37,104 nt of DNA from Candidatus Omnitrophota bacterium (GCA_043822245.1 JBDRBY010000030.1:1-37104), one strand, 5' to 3'. Counted from the stretch's first letter, positions 1-9,974 are shown. Translations and numbers: made by a program. The notes: generated by a model not told the origin, from the sequence alone.

Positions 1-971
1 GTAACATTAGCGATATTTCTTACCTGATTAGTAAGATTCGCGGCCATGGTGTTGACGTTATCCGTTAACGCTTTCCATGTTCCGGCAACTCCCGGAACAG
101 CCGCCTGTCCGCCAAGTTTTCCTTCGGTTCCCACTTCTTTGGCAACGCGGGTAACTTCACTTCCAAACGCGTTCAAATTATCAACCATTCGATTGATTGT
201 ATTTTTAAGTTCCAAGACCTCACCGGATACGTTAACCGTGATTTTCTGAGATAAGTCTCCATTAGCGACCGCGGTGGTAACCGTGGCAATATTTCTTACC
301 TGGCTGGTAAGGTTTCCCGCCAAAGTATTAACGTTATCCGTTAGGTTTTTCCATATTCCGGCTACCCCTGGAACAGCCGCCTGGCCGCCAAGTTTTCCTT
401 CGGTTCCCACTTCTTTGGCAACGCGGGTAACCTCATTAGCGAATGTGTTGAGTGAATCAACCATGTTATTAATTGTATCTTTTAACTGCAGTATTTCGCC
501 TTGAGCCTCGACCGTGATCTTCTGTGAGAGGTCTCCTTTAGCTACCGCGGTGGTAACATTGGCGATATTTCTTACCTGGTTTGTTAAGTTCGCGGCTAAA
601 GTGTTGACGTTATCGGTTAAATCTTTCCATGTACCGGCAACACCCTCTACTTTTGCCTGTCCGCCGAGCTTTCCGTCGGTGCCGACTTCTTTTGCCACGC
701 GGGTAACTTCGCCGCCGAACCGGTTAAGAAGGTCAACCATACCGTTATAAGATTCCGCGAGATCTCCAAAAATATCTTCTCTACGGCTTTTAAGTTTTCT
801 TGTCAGATCTCCTTTTCGCACCGCCTCCATCGCTTCGAGAAGGTCTCTCAACTGCTGTTCCATTCCCTCAGCGCTCCCTACTCCTATCCCCCTTTCTACC
901 ACGGCTGTCCCTACTCCTCCTCCATCGTCAAACAATGCTTTTCTCGCCGGTTTCCTCAATGGTTCTGACAT
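1..971 (-). CDS. Multi-HAMP (poly-HAMP) signalling protein, N-terminal part; the C-terminus runs off the window start
   Basis: I translated the minus strand by hand. It starts at the ATG that is the complement of 969-971 ([16 protein letters not shown]...). After that come at least three ~76-aa tandem HAMP-type repeats, e.g. ...[60 protein letters not shown].... The plus-strand ORFs at 46-249, 274-504 and 514-750 are antisense translations of these repeats. There is no in-frame stop before position 1. Confidence 0.85.
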   Translation of the reverse strand, partial: MSEPLRKPARKALFDDGGGVGTAVVERGIGVGSAEGMEQQLRDLLEAMEAVRKGDLTRKLKSRREDIFGDLAESYNGMVDLLNRFGGEVTRVAKEVGTDGKLGGQAKVEGVAGTWKDLTDNVNTLAANLTNQVRNIANVTTAVAKGDLSQKITVEAQGEILQLKDTINNMVDSLNTFANEVTRVAKEVGTEGKLGGQAAVPGVAGIWKNLTDNVNTLAGNLTSQVRNIATVTTAVANGDLSQKITVNVSGEVLELKNTINRMVDNLNAFGSEVTRVAKEVGTEGKLGGQAAVPGVAGTWKALTDNVNTMAANLTNQVRNIANV

Positions 972-995
972 ATTTTCCCCCTCCATTTTTTTTAG

Positions 996-1066
996 CGTAT
1001 AGCGGATAGCGTTTAGCGTATGGTAAAAACTTCATCTTTCCTACACGCTATCCGCTATACATTATA
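996..1066 (-). promoter_or_regulatory. Intercistronic inverted repeat (stem CGTATAGCGGATAGCGT / ACGCTATCCGCTATACG, ~28-nt loop) between the ParA-like stop and the poly-HAMP start
   Basis: The arms are exact reverse complements, read directly from the sequence at 1000-1016 and 1044-1060. The function (attenuator or RNA-processing site) is inferred. Confidence 0.4.
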
Positions 1067-1885
1067 CGCTATCAAATACCTCGCTATTCTCTTATACGCC
1101 CTGCCCGCGTCACTAAACGACGCGTAATGAGATATGGGCCGGCCTCTCATTTGCGCTTTGTAAATTTTTCTGGAAAACGGTATGTTAAAAATGTTTACTT
1201 CCGAAATATTATTTCTCCTTAAAAATTCTTTTAACATTTTTTTAATTTCCGCAGTTAGTCCGCGGTCAAAAAGCGTAGTCGCGTATTCTTTCAAAAGAAA
1301 CATCATTATGCTAGGTTGAATCCCTAATTCATCACTAAGATCTAAAATTACCGTTTTAAGCGTTTCTAAAGTTTCATAAGCGAACACGCCTGAATCTAAA
1401 GGTATAATGATGTTCTCCGCCGCGGCGATTCCGTTAATCATTAGTAGAGTTGAACCTGGGGGAACATCGATTAAGATGTAATCGAAATATTCTTCTACAT
1501 TAGTTAGACTTTCTCTAAGAATTTTTGTATTGTTTTTTTGTCCGGCCATATGAATTTCAGCCGCGAGTAAATCTAAAGAAGAGGGCGCAAGATAAATGCC
1601 GGAATCGGTTTCTACGATTACGTCTTCTATCTTATGTTGCCCAAATAACACGTCATAAACTGAAACGTCCAAACTTTTCCGGTCAACACCTAACCCCGCT
1701 GTAGCGTTTCCCTGCGGGTCTAAATCCACAACCAATACTTTCTTTTGCATCCTTACCAGCCATCCGGCAATATTTATACACGCTGTCGTTTTTCCCGTGC
1801 CGCCCTTATGATGCACAAAGGCAATAGTTTTAACACCTTGAGAGTGGCTGCCAACTATCTTTCTCGAAAACTTATTCTTTCCCAT
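1055..1885 (-). CDS. ParA/MinD-family P-loop ATPase
   Basis: 276 aa. It has the deviant Walker A motif KGGTGKTT (VKTIAFVHHKGGTGKTTACINIAG), then VVDLDPQGNAT and a ParA-like C-terminus. It lies 83 nt upstream of the poly-HAMP gene and in the same orientation. Confidence 0.85.
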   Translation of the reverse strand: MGKNKFSRKIVGSHSQGVKTIAFVHHKGGTGKTTACINIAGWLVRMQKKVLVVDLDPQGNATAGLGVDRKSLDVSVYDVLFGQHKIEDVIVETDSGIYLAPSSLDLLAAEIHMAGQKNNTKILRESLTNVEEYFDYILIDVPPGSTLLMINGIAAAENIIIPLDSGVFAYETLETLKTVILDLSDELGIQPSIMMFLLKEYATTLFDRGLTAEIKKMLKEFLRRNNISEVNIFNIPFSRKIYKAQMRGRPISHYASFSDAGRAYKRIARYLIAYNV

Positions 1886-1956
1886 AATATCGTTGCCTCT
1901 CTTTATCTAAAAACAAAAAACCAAATCCCTGTTTCAATCAAAAACAGAAATTTGGT

Positions 1957-1993
1957 TTCCAATAAAAAATCCCGCGTTTTTTAAAATCGCGGG
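1957..1993 (-). terminator. Rho-independent terminator-like hairpin (AAATCCCGCG-loop-CGCGGGATTT followed by a T-run on the minus strand)
   Basis: Perfect 10-bp inverted repeat with a T/A-rich loop and flanking T-tracts on both strands. A second weaker hairpin lies at ~1915-1955. Confidence 0.5.
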
Positions 1994-2036
1994 ATTTATA
2001 TAAAAATAATTTTTTCGTTTGGCAGATATTCTTACT

Positions 2037-2100
<64 letters not shown>

Positions 2101-2404
2101 AAACGCCATTTACATTTCCCCCCTTTTTTTACTCCTCGCTTAATCATTCTTCCCCCGTACATTATACCTTCACACAAGTTCAAAAACAAATAAATAGTAC
2201 GGAAACTATGTTTCCTCAAAAAGAGCTTATTGCAACCGCTCTAAAAGAATATGTCAGGAATCATAGCCGTTTGGATCTGCGGGACTTAAATAGACTGTAT
2301 TATTGTCCAAATCGCTTTGGAACATAATTTAAAGTTGCTTAATAATGATAAAGATTTAAAAAAAATCCAGCAGGTTGTGCCTGCGCTTGTTTTTTATTAA
2401 TAAA

Positions 2405-2434
2405 TGTAGAGACACAAGATTTTGTGTCTCTACA
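2405..2434. repeat. Variant palindromic hairpin TGTAGAGACACAA-GATT-TTGTGTCTCTACA, a GCG->ACA relative of the dispersed REP-like element
   Basis: 13-bp perfect arms. It shares the GTAGAGAC...GTCTCTAC termini with the main element. Confidence 0.7.
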
Positions 2435-2454
2435 TTTGCGTGGTTCATCTTTTA

Positions 2455-2650
2455 TTGAGACGCGATAAATCGCGTCTCTACTGGGTTGCATTTTTCCTTA
2501 CCGGCGAATCGTATCTGTGTAGAGACGCGATTTATCGCGTCTTTACGAGGTTGCATTTTTCGATACCAGCGAATCGTATTTGCATTGAGACGCGATAAAT
2601 CGCGTCTCTACGGGGTTGCATTTTTCCTTACCGGCGAATCGCGTCTTTAC
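2455..2650. repeat. REP/BIME-like cluster: three full palindromes plus one half-copy, in alternating orientation
   Basis: The copies are at 2455-2481 (AAAT loop), 2519-2546 (TTTA loop) and 2585-2611 (AAAT loop), with a half-copy at 2634-2650. Each copy is followed by a conserved ~38-bp spacer GGGTTGCATTTTTCCTTACCGGCGAATCGTATCTG. The core is GAGACGCGAT-NN-ATCGCGTCTC, with 10-13 bp arms. Confidence 0.9.
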
Positions 2651-3033
2651 GGGGTGACTAGCGCTTTTTTGATTTTTTCTAATAGTTTTTGCGGGGTGAA
2701 GGGTTTTACTACGTAATCCGCGGCGCCGAGTTCCGCGGCGCGGGATACGTCGTTATTTCGCGTTTTAGAAGTGAACATAATAACCGGGATATGTTTGGTC
2801 TTTTCGTTATCTTTTAGCCTCGCGAGCGTTGTAAGGCCGTCTGTTCCGGGCATCATAATGTCTAATAAGATTATATCGGGTTTCTCTGATATTGCCTTAT
2901 TCAACCCTTCTTCAGAGTTAAGCGCCGCGCAGGTTTTATATCCGCTCGCTTCAAGCCTAAAAACTGCCAAATCAATCAGATCCTGCTCGTCATCAATTAG
3001 TAAAATGTTTTTTTTGAGCGATAATACGGCCAT
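2647..3033 (-). CDS. Single-domain response regulator (CheY-like receiver)
   Basis: 128 aa. It has NILLIDDEQD, a phospho-acceptor Asp context ILLDIMMPGTDG, and a conserved Lys in VVKPF. Confidence 0.9.
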   Translation of the reverse strand: MAVLSLKKNILLIDDEQDLIDLAVFRLEASGYKTCAALNSEEGLNKAISEKPDIILLDIMMPGTDGLTTLARLKDNEKTKHIPVIMFTSKTRNNDVSRAAELGAADYVVKPFTPQKLLEKIKKALVTP

Positions 3034-3048
3034 TTTTATTTTTCTCCC

Positions 3049-3220
3049 GTAGAGACGCGATTTATCGCGTCTCTGTCTTTTCGGGTTTCATTTTTCATTG
3101 AGACGCGATGAATCGCGTCTCTACATTTTTGCGTTTCGTCCTTCATTGAGACGCGATGAATCGCGTCTCTACATTTTTGCGTTTCGTCCTTCATTGAGAC
3201 GCGATGAATCGCGTCTCTAC
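3049..3220. repeat. REP-like cluster: one copy at 3049-3075 and three direct 48-bp-period copies with a GA loop at 3098-3124, 3146-3172 and 3194-3220
   Basis: The unit TTGAGACGCGATGAATCGCGTCTCTAC plus ATTTTTGCGTTTCGTCCTTCA is repeated exactly three times. The last copy overlaps the stop codon of the 3217-4353 CDS. Confidence 0.9.
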
Positions 3221-4353
3221 GATAAAATTTCAGGGAGGCGCTTTAGCGCGTCGGGGATCGGGATGATGGAAATTTTGCCGTCCCGCGCCTCGCGGCTGCC
3301 TCCGTACATAAAATATGTTTTTGACATCGGGTAATCCTGTTGAAAGGATTTTAACCCTTTCAACATAGCCCCTGAAACCCTGGCTGTCCGCTTGATCTCA
3401 AAAGCCCGTATTCCCCTGTCTCCATACAACACAAAATCCACTTCCGCGTTGCCGGCCGTCCTCCAGTAGTGTATCTTGTATCCCAAGCCATAACCGGTAT
3501 TCACCGCGTTGAGTTCCTGGAAAAGAAGAGTTTCAAGGCTAATCCCTTCAATTTCTTCAGGCATATCCAAAGGGCCGGCAGGCCTTAAAGTACGGTAAAC
3601 TCCCGTGTCGAAATAATAGAATTTAGGATGTCCCGCCATGCGCCTCTTCGCCTTTTTGGTAAAAACAGGCACCCTATAAGCTATGAGCAGGTCTTCTAGT
3701 ATTGAAAAATAGTTCTCCACAACCTTGCGCTCAACGGAACACTCTCTGGCAACCGAAGAAATGTTAAGGGCCGCTCCTTGTGAAAAACTTGCCGCTTCAA
3801 GAAATCGGGCAAACCCTGCCAGATTTCTGGTTAGTCCCTCCTGCTGTATCTCTTCTTCCAGATAGGTCTTTACATAACTCTCAAGATACGCCTTGGGGTC
3901 ATTTTCTATGTGGACACTGGGCAATTGCCCGTATTTAAGCGAACGCGTTAAACTAAAATCTTTACCCAATTCCGGCACGGTAAGCGGGTGCATATAACAG
4001 GTAAGAGCGCGGCCGGCCAGTAAATTTTGTCCTTTTCTCTTTATCTTCCTCGCGTTTGAACCCGTCAGAATAAATTTGTATTTGTATTTTTCTATCAGGC
4101 GGTGAACCTCATTCAACAATTCAGGAACTCTTTGCACTTCATCTATGATAATCCAATCCCTGAAATTTTCAGGGATTAAGTTTTCTACACGCTGGGGATC
4201 AGCCAAAAGACTATTGAAAAGTCCTGCCTCCAGTAAGTCTATGTATACGGCTTTTGGAAAAGCGGATTTTACCCACGTAGTTTTTCCTGTCCCGCGCGGG
4301 CCAAATAAGAAGAAACTTTTGCCTTCAGGCGTTTTAATCAATCTGGAATACAT
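3217..4353 (-). CDS. AAA_14 / DUF4143-family ATPase of unknown function
   Basis: 378 aa. It has the Walker A motif LFGPRGTGKTT, a Walker B motif WIIIDEVQ, and a C-terminal region typical of DUF4143 proteins. REP clusters flank it on both sides. Confidence 0.85.
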   Translation of the reverse strand: MYSRLIKTPEGKSFFLFGPRGTGKTTWVKSAFPKAVYIDLLEAGLFNSLLADPQRVENLIPENFRDWIIIDEVQRVPELLNEVHRLIEKYKYKFILTGSNARKIKRKGQNLLAGRALTCYMHPLTVPELGKDFSLTRSLKYGQLPSVHIENDPKAYLESYVKTYLEEEIQQEGLTRNLAGFARFLEAASFSQGAALNISSVARECSVERKVVENYFSILEDLLIAYRVPVFTKKAKRRMAGHPKFYYFDTGVYRTLRPAGPLDMPEEIEGISLETLLFQELNAVNTGYGLGYKIHYWRTAGNAEVDFVLYGDRGIRAFEIKRTARVSGAMLKGLKSFQQDYPMSKTYFMYGGSREARDGKISIIPIPDALKRLPEILS

Positions 4354-4399
4354 AGTTCCATTTTACACGTATTTTTGGAATTGTCAAGTAAGTCCCGCC

Positions 4400-4475
4400 G
4401 TAGAGACGCGATTTATCGCGTCTCTGTCTTTTCGGGTTTCATTTTTCATTGAAACGCGATAAATCGCGTCTCTAC
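4400..4475. repeat. REP-like pair at 4400-4426 and 4449-4475, in opposite orientation
   Basis: GTAGAGACGCGATTTATCGCGTCTCTG and TTGAAACGCGATAAATCGCGTCTCTAC. Confidence 0.9.
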
Positions 4476-4490
4476 ATGATGCCCGCGTGA

Positions 4491-5894
4491 CTATCTGCGG
4501 ACTCTTAAATTCTTGGGCAAATTAACGGTAAATTTACTGCCTACTTCAACTTCGGACTCAACGATTATATCTCCTCCGTGTATGTCTATTATGTCCTTGG
4601 CAATCGCGAGGCCAAGGCCTGTTCCTTCAATTTTACCTTTTACGATTTCTTCTACCCTCTTAAATCTGTCAAATATCTTGTCAAAATCTTCCTTAGGGAT
4701 TCCGATTCCGGTATCAGCGACACAAAGTTTAATTGAGCTATCTAAATTCACAAGGCTTACTTCTATTTTTCCCTTTGGAGTATTATACTTTATCGCGTTA
4801 TCGATAAGATTAGTAACAACCTGGGAAAGCCTGTCTTCATCTCCCCATATCTCTACTTTTTCACGCGGCAGTTTATGATTCATGAGTTTTATTTGTTTTT
4901 GCTCGGCTAAAGGTTTCAATGTTTCAATGGCTAAATTAACCATTCCGGCCACATTGAAAAGCGACCTTTTCATTGTTTTCCGTTCCGCTTCAGACTTGGA
5001 AAAATCCAGCAAGTTATCAATCAATCGGTTCAAACGGTCAATATTTTTTTCAGCTAGCTTCAAAACCTTTTTCTGCTTATCCGTTACTTTACCCGTTATC
5101 TCATCAAGCATAATCCCTACCGACTCCTTTAACGCGGTTAATGGAGTTTTTAACTCATGAGAAACATTAGCTATGAAATCAGCCCTCAATTCATCCAGCT
5201 TTTCCACCTCTTCCCGCAAGCCAGCATTCACAACTGTTGCCGCGGACGCGTCCGCTATTGTTTTTAACAAGCTTAGGTCTTCTTCATCAAACGGCGCCCT
5301 GGATATCTTATTGTTAACGTTTATCACGCCAATAACTTTATCCCTTGATTTCAAAGGCACACTCAACAACGAATTGGTATGGTAATTGCCACTTCTTTTC
5401 TGAAATCTTGAATCTTTGCTGATGTCTTTTATTAGAAGCGGCTCGCCCGTTTGAGCCACCCATCCTGAAACGCCTTCGCCTAATTTCACTTTTCCATTTT
5501 CCGCTGCCTTACTATCAAGCCCCTTTGCCAAACGCATTACAAGTTCGCCCTTGTTTTTACTTACAAGCATAAACGATACTATCTCAACGGACATAATTTG
5601 AGAAATCTTATCCACAAACAGATTAAGAGTATCTTCAAAACCATTGGCTTTTAGGATGTCTTCACTTACGGAATAGGCAACCTTAAGCCTAAACAAATCC
5701 CGCTCTAAAGACCGCCGGGTTTGGCTTCTCAAGGCCCGTCTCAAAGCTTTCAAGCTGATTGGGGAAATCTTCGCCCTATTTTTCCAGGCCTTGTACCAAA
5801 CAGCTATCCTGCTAAAAATTCCAAACCGTGGGGGCGAAAAATTATTCGTTCCCGCGAATTTCGCGCGGTATTTGTTTTTAGGGAATATAATCAT
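4491..5894 (-). CDS. GAF-domain sensor histidine kinase
   Basis: It has a GAF-like region (EDTLNLFVDKISQIMSVEIVSFMLV...), a HisKA H-box FIANVSHELKTPLT, and a HATPase_c domain with DNAIKY, VADTGIGIP and GTGLGLAIAK. The exact start is uncertain because the N-terminal ~60 aa may be non-coding. Confidence 0.82.
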   Translation of the reverse strand: MIIFPKNKYRAKFAGTNNFSPPRFGIFSRIAVWYKAWKNRAKISPISLKALRRALRSQTRRSLERDLFRLKVAYSVSEDILKANGFEDTLNLFVDKISQIMSVEIVSFMLVSKNKGELVMRLAKGLDSKAAENGKVKLGEGVSGWVAQTGEPLLIKDISKDSRFQKRSGNYHTNSLLSVPLKSRDKVIGVINVNNKISRAPFDEEDLSLLKTIADASAATVVNAGLREEVEKLDELRADFIANVSHELKTPLTALKESVGIMLDEITGKVTDKQKKVLKLAEKNIDRLNRLIDNLLDFSKSEAERKTMKRSLFNVAGMVNLAIETLKPLAEQKQIKLMNHKLPREKVEIWGDEDRLSQVVTNLIDNAIKYNTPKGKIEVSLVNLDSSIKLCVADTGIGIPKEDFDKIFDRFKRVEEIVKGKIEGTGLGLAIAKDIIDIHGGDIIVESEVEVGSKFTVNLPKNLRVRR

Positions 5895-5907
5895 TTTTTT
5901 CTTTCCA

Positions 5908-5934
5908 TTGAGACGCGATAAATCGCGTCTCTAC
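5908..5934. repeat. REP-like palindrome (single copy) abutting the permease stop
   Basis: TTGAGACGCGATAAATCGCGTCTCTAC. Confidence 0.9.
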
Positions 5935-7764
5935 CTACCTTTGGCGCTTGCCTAGTAGGATGATATCTCTTAGGGCTTCCTTATCTTTGGCTCGCATCCA
6001 TCTTTCCTTAAAATCCAAGTCCTGGGCGATTTGAGCGATCGCGGATAAAGCTCCGAGATGGAAAATACGTTCATCTTTGGTACCGGCGATCACAAAAACT
6101 ATGTGAACTTTATCCGTTTTCGCGGGGAATACAATTCCCCCTTTGCAACGCGCCAAAAGTATCACGAACAGATTCGCCCCTTCGACTATTACATGCGGAA
6201 TAGCCAAAGAGGGGCTCAAAACGGTACTACTTTGTTCTTCCCTATCCAGGAGAAGTTTGAATATCTCCGCGGGATTTACTCCGAGTTTCGGGGCTATGCT
6301 ATCTGCCGCCAGTTTGAAAAAATCTCCAACGGCAAGAGAACCTTCTATGTCTAAAATTACGCTGTCCTCTATTACACCGTCAAATCGGTCTTTTATAATA
6401 TCGTCTCTCTCTCTAATTATCTGTTTCAATTCCTCTTCTAATGAAACATCCACAAACTCTTTTGCCGTAACCCGCTCAATAAGATGAAGAAGCGCGAAGT
6501 CTTTCCCCGCCTTCCGCCTGCCATAAAACCAGAATACCGCTAACCCGCACGCGAAAAGAAGCGATCCAAAAAATAGCGCTTCTTTACCCATGTTAACTGC
6601 TAAAAGCCAGCATCCGAAAATCCCGATAATTTGCGTCCATGGATATAGCGGAGAGTAAAACTTTGGCTGATAATTTTGCACACGGCTTTCTCTCATAATA
6701 ATCACACATACGCACGAGAATATGAAAGTAAGGATAAGAACCGTTGACGCGACCTCAACAAGCACATATAGATCCAGAAATAAAGCGGCTATCATAAAAA
6801 TTCCTGTAGCAAAAATCGCCACAACAGGTGTTTTAAAACGCCGGCTGATTTTACCGAAAACTTTCGGTAGGAGAAAATCGCGGCTTAAAGCCAGCGGATA
6901 CCTGGAAGCCGCCATAATGCCGGCATTCGCGGTTGAAACAAACGCGAGCACAGCCGCTATACCCAAAATAAGTTTACCGGCTTCTCCCATAAAAACATAC
7001 GCGGCGTCAGAAATCGGAGTAAGTGAATTGTCAAGTTGCCCCGCGCCAAGTACTCCGGTTGTTACAAAAACAACTAACGCGTAAAAAACAACAACAACAA
7101 GAAAAGAAAGTATCATGCCTAAAGGTACCGTCTTTCCAGGGTTCTTTACTTCTTCAGCAATGCTGGCAACCTTAAGAAGCCCTCCGTATGAAACAAAGAC
7201 AAACCCTGCTGTGGAAAAAACCGCGGGAATTCCAAAAGGGATAAAAGGTTTGAAATTCTGATAATCTACGGCAGGAATGCCTTTTATAACGTACACCGCG
7301 AGAAGCAGTAACAGAAAAACTACCAGGCCGATTTGAACTCTGCCCGCGGATTTGATGCCGATGACGTTAATGACTACGAAAAACAAACAAAAGCCTATCG
7401 TGATTAGATGAGTATCATATCCCCCAATCAACCGCGTAAACGCGGCCATGCCTATGAGGGCAAACGAACTTTTAAGCGACACCGCTAACCACGTAAGAAG
7501 CCCGTCAATTGTGCCAAAAACCGGGCCCATACTACGCATAACATAAAACACGTCACCTCCGGCCTTCGGCATGGCGGAAACAAGTTCAGCCTGGCTCAAC
7601 ATGCCTGTCATAGCTAAAAGCCCTGCCAATATATAAGAAACAACTACCGCCGGACCTGCCTGCGCGTGCGCGAGTCCTGGCAGGATAAAAAGCCCGGAAC
7701 TAATCATCGCTCCGGTCGCGACGCAAAATACGTCTAGTAGGGTTAGTTCTCTTTTGAGTTTCAT
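5935..7764 (-). CDS. APC-family amino-acid permease fused to a C-terminal PTS EIIA type-2 (PtsN-like) domain
   Basis: 609 aa. The N-terminal ~430 aa is polytopic and typical of APC transporters. The C-terminal ~150 aa carries the EIIA-2 signature (LAIPHVIVEG...VHIVFVIAG). Confidence 0.82.
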   Translation of the reverse strand: MKLKRELTLLDVFCVATGAMISSGLFILPGLAHAQAGPAVVVSYILAGLLAMTGMLSQAELVSAMPKAGGDVFYVMRSMGPVFGTIDGLLTWLAVSLKSSFALIGMAAFTRLIGGYDTHLITIGFCLFFVVINVIGIKSAGRVQIGLVVFLLLLLAVYVIKGIPAVDYQNFKPFIPFGIPAVFSTAGFVFVSYGGLLKVASIAEEVKNPGKTVPLGMILSFLVVVVFYALVVFVTTGVLGAGQLDNSLTPISDAAYVFMGEAGKLILGIAAVLAFVSTANAGIMAASRYPLALSRDFLLPKVFGKISRRFKTPVVAIFATGIFMIAALFLDLYVLVEVASTVLILTFIFSCVCVIIMRESRVQNYQPKFYSPLYPWTQIIGIFGCWLLAVNMGKEALFFGSLLFACGLAVFWFYGRRKAGKDFALLHLIERVTAKEFVDVSLEEELKQIIRERDDIIKDRFDGVIEDSVILDIEGSLAVGDFFKLAADSIAPKLGVNPAEIFKLLLDREEQSSTVLSPSLAIPHVIVEGANLFVILLARCKGGIVFPAKTDKVHIVFVIAGTKDERIFHLGALSAIAQIAQDLDFKERWMRAKDKEALRDIILLGKRQR

Positions 7765-7771
7765 GTTTTAC

Positions 7772-7960
7772 TAAGACGCGATAAATAGCTTCTCTACCTT
7801 TTTCACGGGTCGTTTTACTAAGACGCGATTTATAGCGTCTCTACGGGTCAGCTCCATGTTTTCAGGGGTAGGGACGAGGCAATACTTCGTCCCTTCGGGT
7901 TGCATTTTTCAATACCTGCGAATCGTATCTGCGTAGAGACGCGATTTATCGCGTCTCTAC
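7772..7960. repeat. REP-like cluster: two degenerate copies (7772-7797, 7819-7844) and one intact copy with its conserved 38-bp spacer (7933-7960)
   Basis: The copies are TAAGACGCGATAAATAGCTTCTCTAC, TAAGACGCGATTTATAGCGTCTCTAC, and GGGTTGCATTTTTCAATACCTGCGAATCGTATCTGCGTAGAGACGCGATTTATCGCGTCTCTAC. Confidence 0.85.
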
Positions 7961-7972
7961 CTTTTTCGCGAG

Positions 7973-9358
7973 TCATTCTTCATAAACAAAAGAAAAGTCG
8001 CTCATAACACGGGAATCGGCATTTCTTCTCATGTAATCTATATAGTACCTCGCCATACCCGCCAAATTGGTGGTAGAATCGATTTCAATTACTTTTTGAA
8101 GTTCGCTGTAAGCCAACGAACGATTATGGTAGTAGGTGTAGTAACTAACCGCAGTGTTATAGTGCGCGGTTTGATCATCCGGCTTTATTTTCAATATCCC
8201 TTTGCACTCTTCCAAGGCTTTGTCATACTCCTTTACGGTTGAGTACATATAACACAAATAATGCAGAGTTGATACATAAAAATCAATTGTCCCCTTGTCC
8301 ATTTTCGGAAGAGTTTTCATCTTCTCTTTAAAAGCGGAAAACTCTTCTACCCCTTTTTCAAACTTTTGTTCAAAAAAATAGGCCTTGCCCAGCCATAAAC
8401 GCGATATAGGATAATCCGGGGCCATTTTTACGGCTCTTTTAAAAAGTTTTACCGCCGCTTTTCTGTTTTTCTTTTCCCAAAAAACCTGTCCCAACTGAGT
8501 AATCGCCGCGTAGTCACCGGGATTAAGCGATATCCTCCTCTTACAAATCTCTTCCGCTTCCAAGAGCCGCCTCTTGTTGATTAAATCAGCGATATCTTCG
8601 TATTTTTTGGGAAGGGCCTGCTTTATTTTTTTTAGCCGGGAAACCTCAGAGTTGTCTTCATCTACTTCTTTTTCAAGATAGAGATTTATCGCTTTTTGAT
8701 AATTCTCTCCCGCCTCATCAAACTTTCCCGTAGCTGTTTGACAATCCGCGATAACTTTATATAACTGAATGTTTCCCAAATCCAGCGTTACCGCTTTTTC
8801 GTAATCTTCTATGGCTTTTCCGTAAAGCATTGCGGAATAATACACATTGCCTGAAAGTTCGTATATGCCCGGCACATCCGGCGTATTTTGCTTAAGCCAC
8901 ATTACGTGCGGCATTACGATAGCCGGGTAATAATACTTCGCGCCCATAAGCTTATTAAGCATAACCAAATGCCCGCTCATGATTAAATTTCGTTCCTTGG
9001 CGGATTCTATTGTATTAAGCACTCCTTTATTTTTTTCAATTTTTGACATAGCATAAACCCGTAATTCCTTAAATTCTCCCGAATTATCCATATTTTCGGA
9101 TTTTTTAAAATACTCGCTGGCGTGTTCATATTCCATAAGCCCGTAAAGCGCCACTGCCAGGTTCATGCATACTCTAGCGTCGAAAGGAGAGGATTCAAGC
9201 ATCAATTTCAATTCAGCGGCAGAATCTTTGTAATTACCCTCTATCAGCATTGACCGTTCGATATCTTTCACGCGTAAAGACAGGCCCTCTTTATCGCAAA
9301 AAGCCTGTGGGCAGATTAGAATTGCTGACAAAAATATCATTACAACTATTGTTTTCAT
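7973..9358 (-). CDS. Secreted or periplasmic TPR-repeat protein
   Basis: It has an N-terminal signal peptide (MKTIVVMIFLSAILICPQAFC) and multiple TPR-like helical repeats, rich in Y, A, L and K with a ~34-aa periodicity. Confidence 0.72.
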   Translation of the reverse strand: MKTIVVMIFLSAILICPQAFCDKEGLSLRVKDIERSMLIEGNYKDSAAELKLMLESSPFDARVCMNLAVALYGLMEYEHASEYFKKSENMDNSGEFKELRVYAMSKIEKNKGVLNTIESAKERNLIMSGHLVMLNKLMGAKYYYPAIVMPHVMWLKQNTPDVPGIYELSGNVYYSAMLYGKAIEDYEKAVTLDLGNIQLYKVIADCQTATGKFDEAGENYQKAINLYLEKEVDEDNSEVSRLKKIKQALPKKYEDIADLINKRRLLEAEEICKRRISLNPGDYAAITQLGQVFWEKKNRKAAVKLFKRAVKMAPDYPISRLWLGKAYFFEQKFEKGVEEFSAFKEKMKTLPKMDKGTIDFYVSTLHYLCYMYSTVKEYDKALEECKGILKIKPDDQTAHYNTAVSYYTYYHNRSLAYSELQKVIEIDSTTNLAGMARYYIDYMRRNADSRVMSDFSFVYEE

Positions 9359-9399
9359 AATTTAGGATTATAGACCCCGGGATTTCGAGATCTATACCA

Positions 9400-9810
9400 T
9401 TAAAATCTGGCTATCACATAATCCACAAAACCCATCCCCACATAGATTAAATTATACAGATGATGCATGATAATCGCAATCATAGTCGAACCTGAAAATA
9501 TTACCGCAATGTTCCCTATAATTTTAGCTTCCACAAACACTGAATCAAACGGTATCCGCGCGAAGAGAGGATTTGTCCAACTGATCAGATTCAATATTAT
9601 CGTGTGTATGTGTATTGTGAGGTAATAAAACAGTTTTGGTTCTTTGGTAAGAATAAAAAAATGCGGCCATAAGAATTTCAGGACATTCGAGCCTAGATGG
9701 AAAGGATCATTAAACAAAAAAACACCGATAATCCCCGTCAAGACCAAAACATCCAAGATGGCCAAGCGTACATCACTTGATGTTTCCTTGGAACAATAGG
9801 CAAGCTCCAT
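9400..9810 (-). CDS. Hypothetical small integral membrane protein (~4 TM)
   Basis: Hydrophobic ORF. The track ORF 9400-9996 extends through two REP copies, whose translation gives DAINRVST and DAINLVST, so the real start is probably the internal Met at ~9810 or a non-ATG codon below 9899. Confidence 0.4.
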   Translation of the reverse strand: MELAYCSKETSSDVRLAILDVLVLTGIIGVFLFNDPFHLGSNVLKFLWPHFFILTKEPKLFYYLTIHIHTIILNLISWTNPLFARIPFDSVFVEAKIIGNIAVIFSGSTMIAIIMHHLYNLIYVGMGFVDYVIARF

Positions 9811-9898
9811 ATTGATATAATACCACGTTATGATGAAAAGAGGAAATATTTCCGGAAAGTGCCCATAATATGTTACACTATCGGAGGTGGTTATGTTT

Positions 9899-9974
9899 GT
9901 GGAGACAAGATTTATCGCGTCTTTACATTTCAGAATCATATCCGGCGTAGAGACGCGATTTATCGCGTCTTTAC
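9899..9974. repeat. REP-like pair at 9899-9926 (degenerate) and 9948-9974, plus a partial copy at 10062-10070
   Basis: GTGGAGACAAGATTTATCGCGTCTTTAC and GTAGAGACGCGATTTATCGCGTCTTTAC. Confidence 0.85.

Noticed and set aside
46-1009. Plus-strand ORFs (46-249, 274-504, 514-750, 800-1009) with repeated ...[28 protein letters not shown]...
   Set aside because: They are the antisense of the minus-strand poly-HAMP repeats. The minus-strand translation gives canonical HAMP sequence with a proper ATG start, whereas the plus-strand products are low-complexity P/S/T-rich with no start context.
2455-3220. Possibility that the palindrome-plus-spacer arrays are CRISPR arrays
   Set aside because: The 'spacers' are themselves conserved between units and across loci. 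The palindromes alternate orientation. The arrays are tiny and scattered, and no cas genes are present.
2486-3334. ORFs 2486-2716 and 3098-3334 (RDESRLY... repeated)
   Set aside because: They are translations of tandem REP palindromes and their spacers, and the repetition exactly mirrors the DNA repeats.
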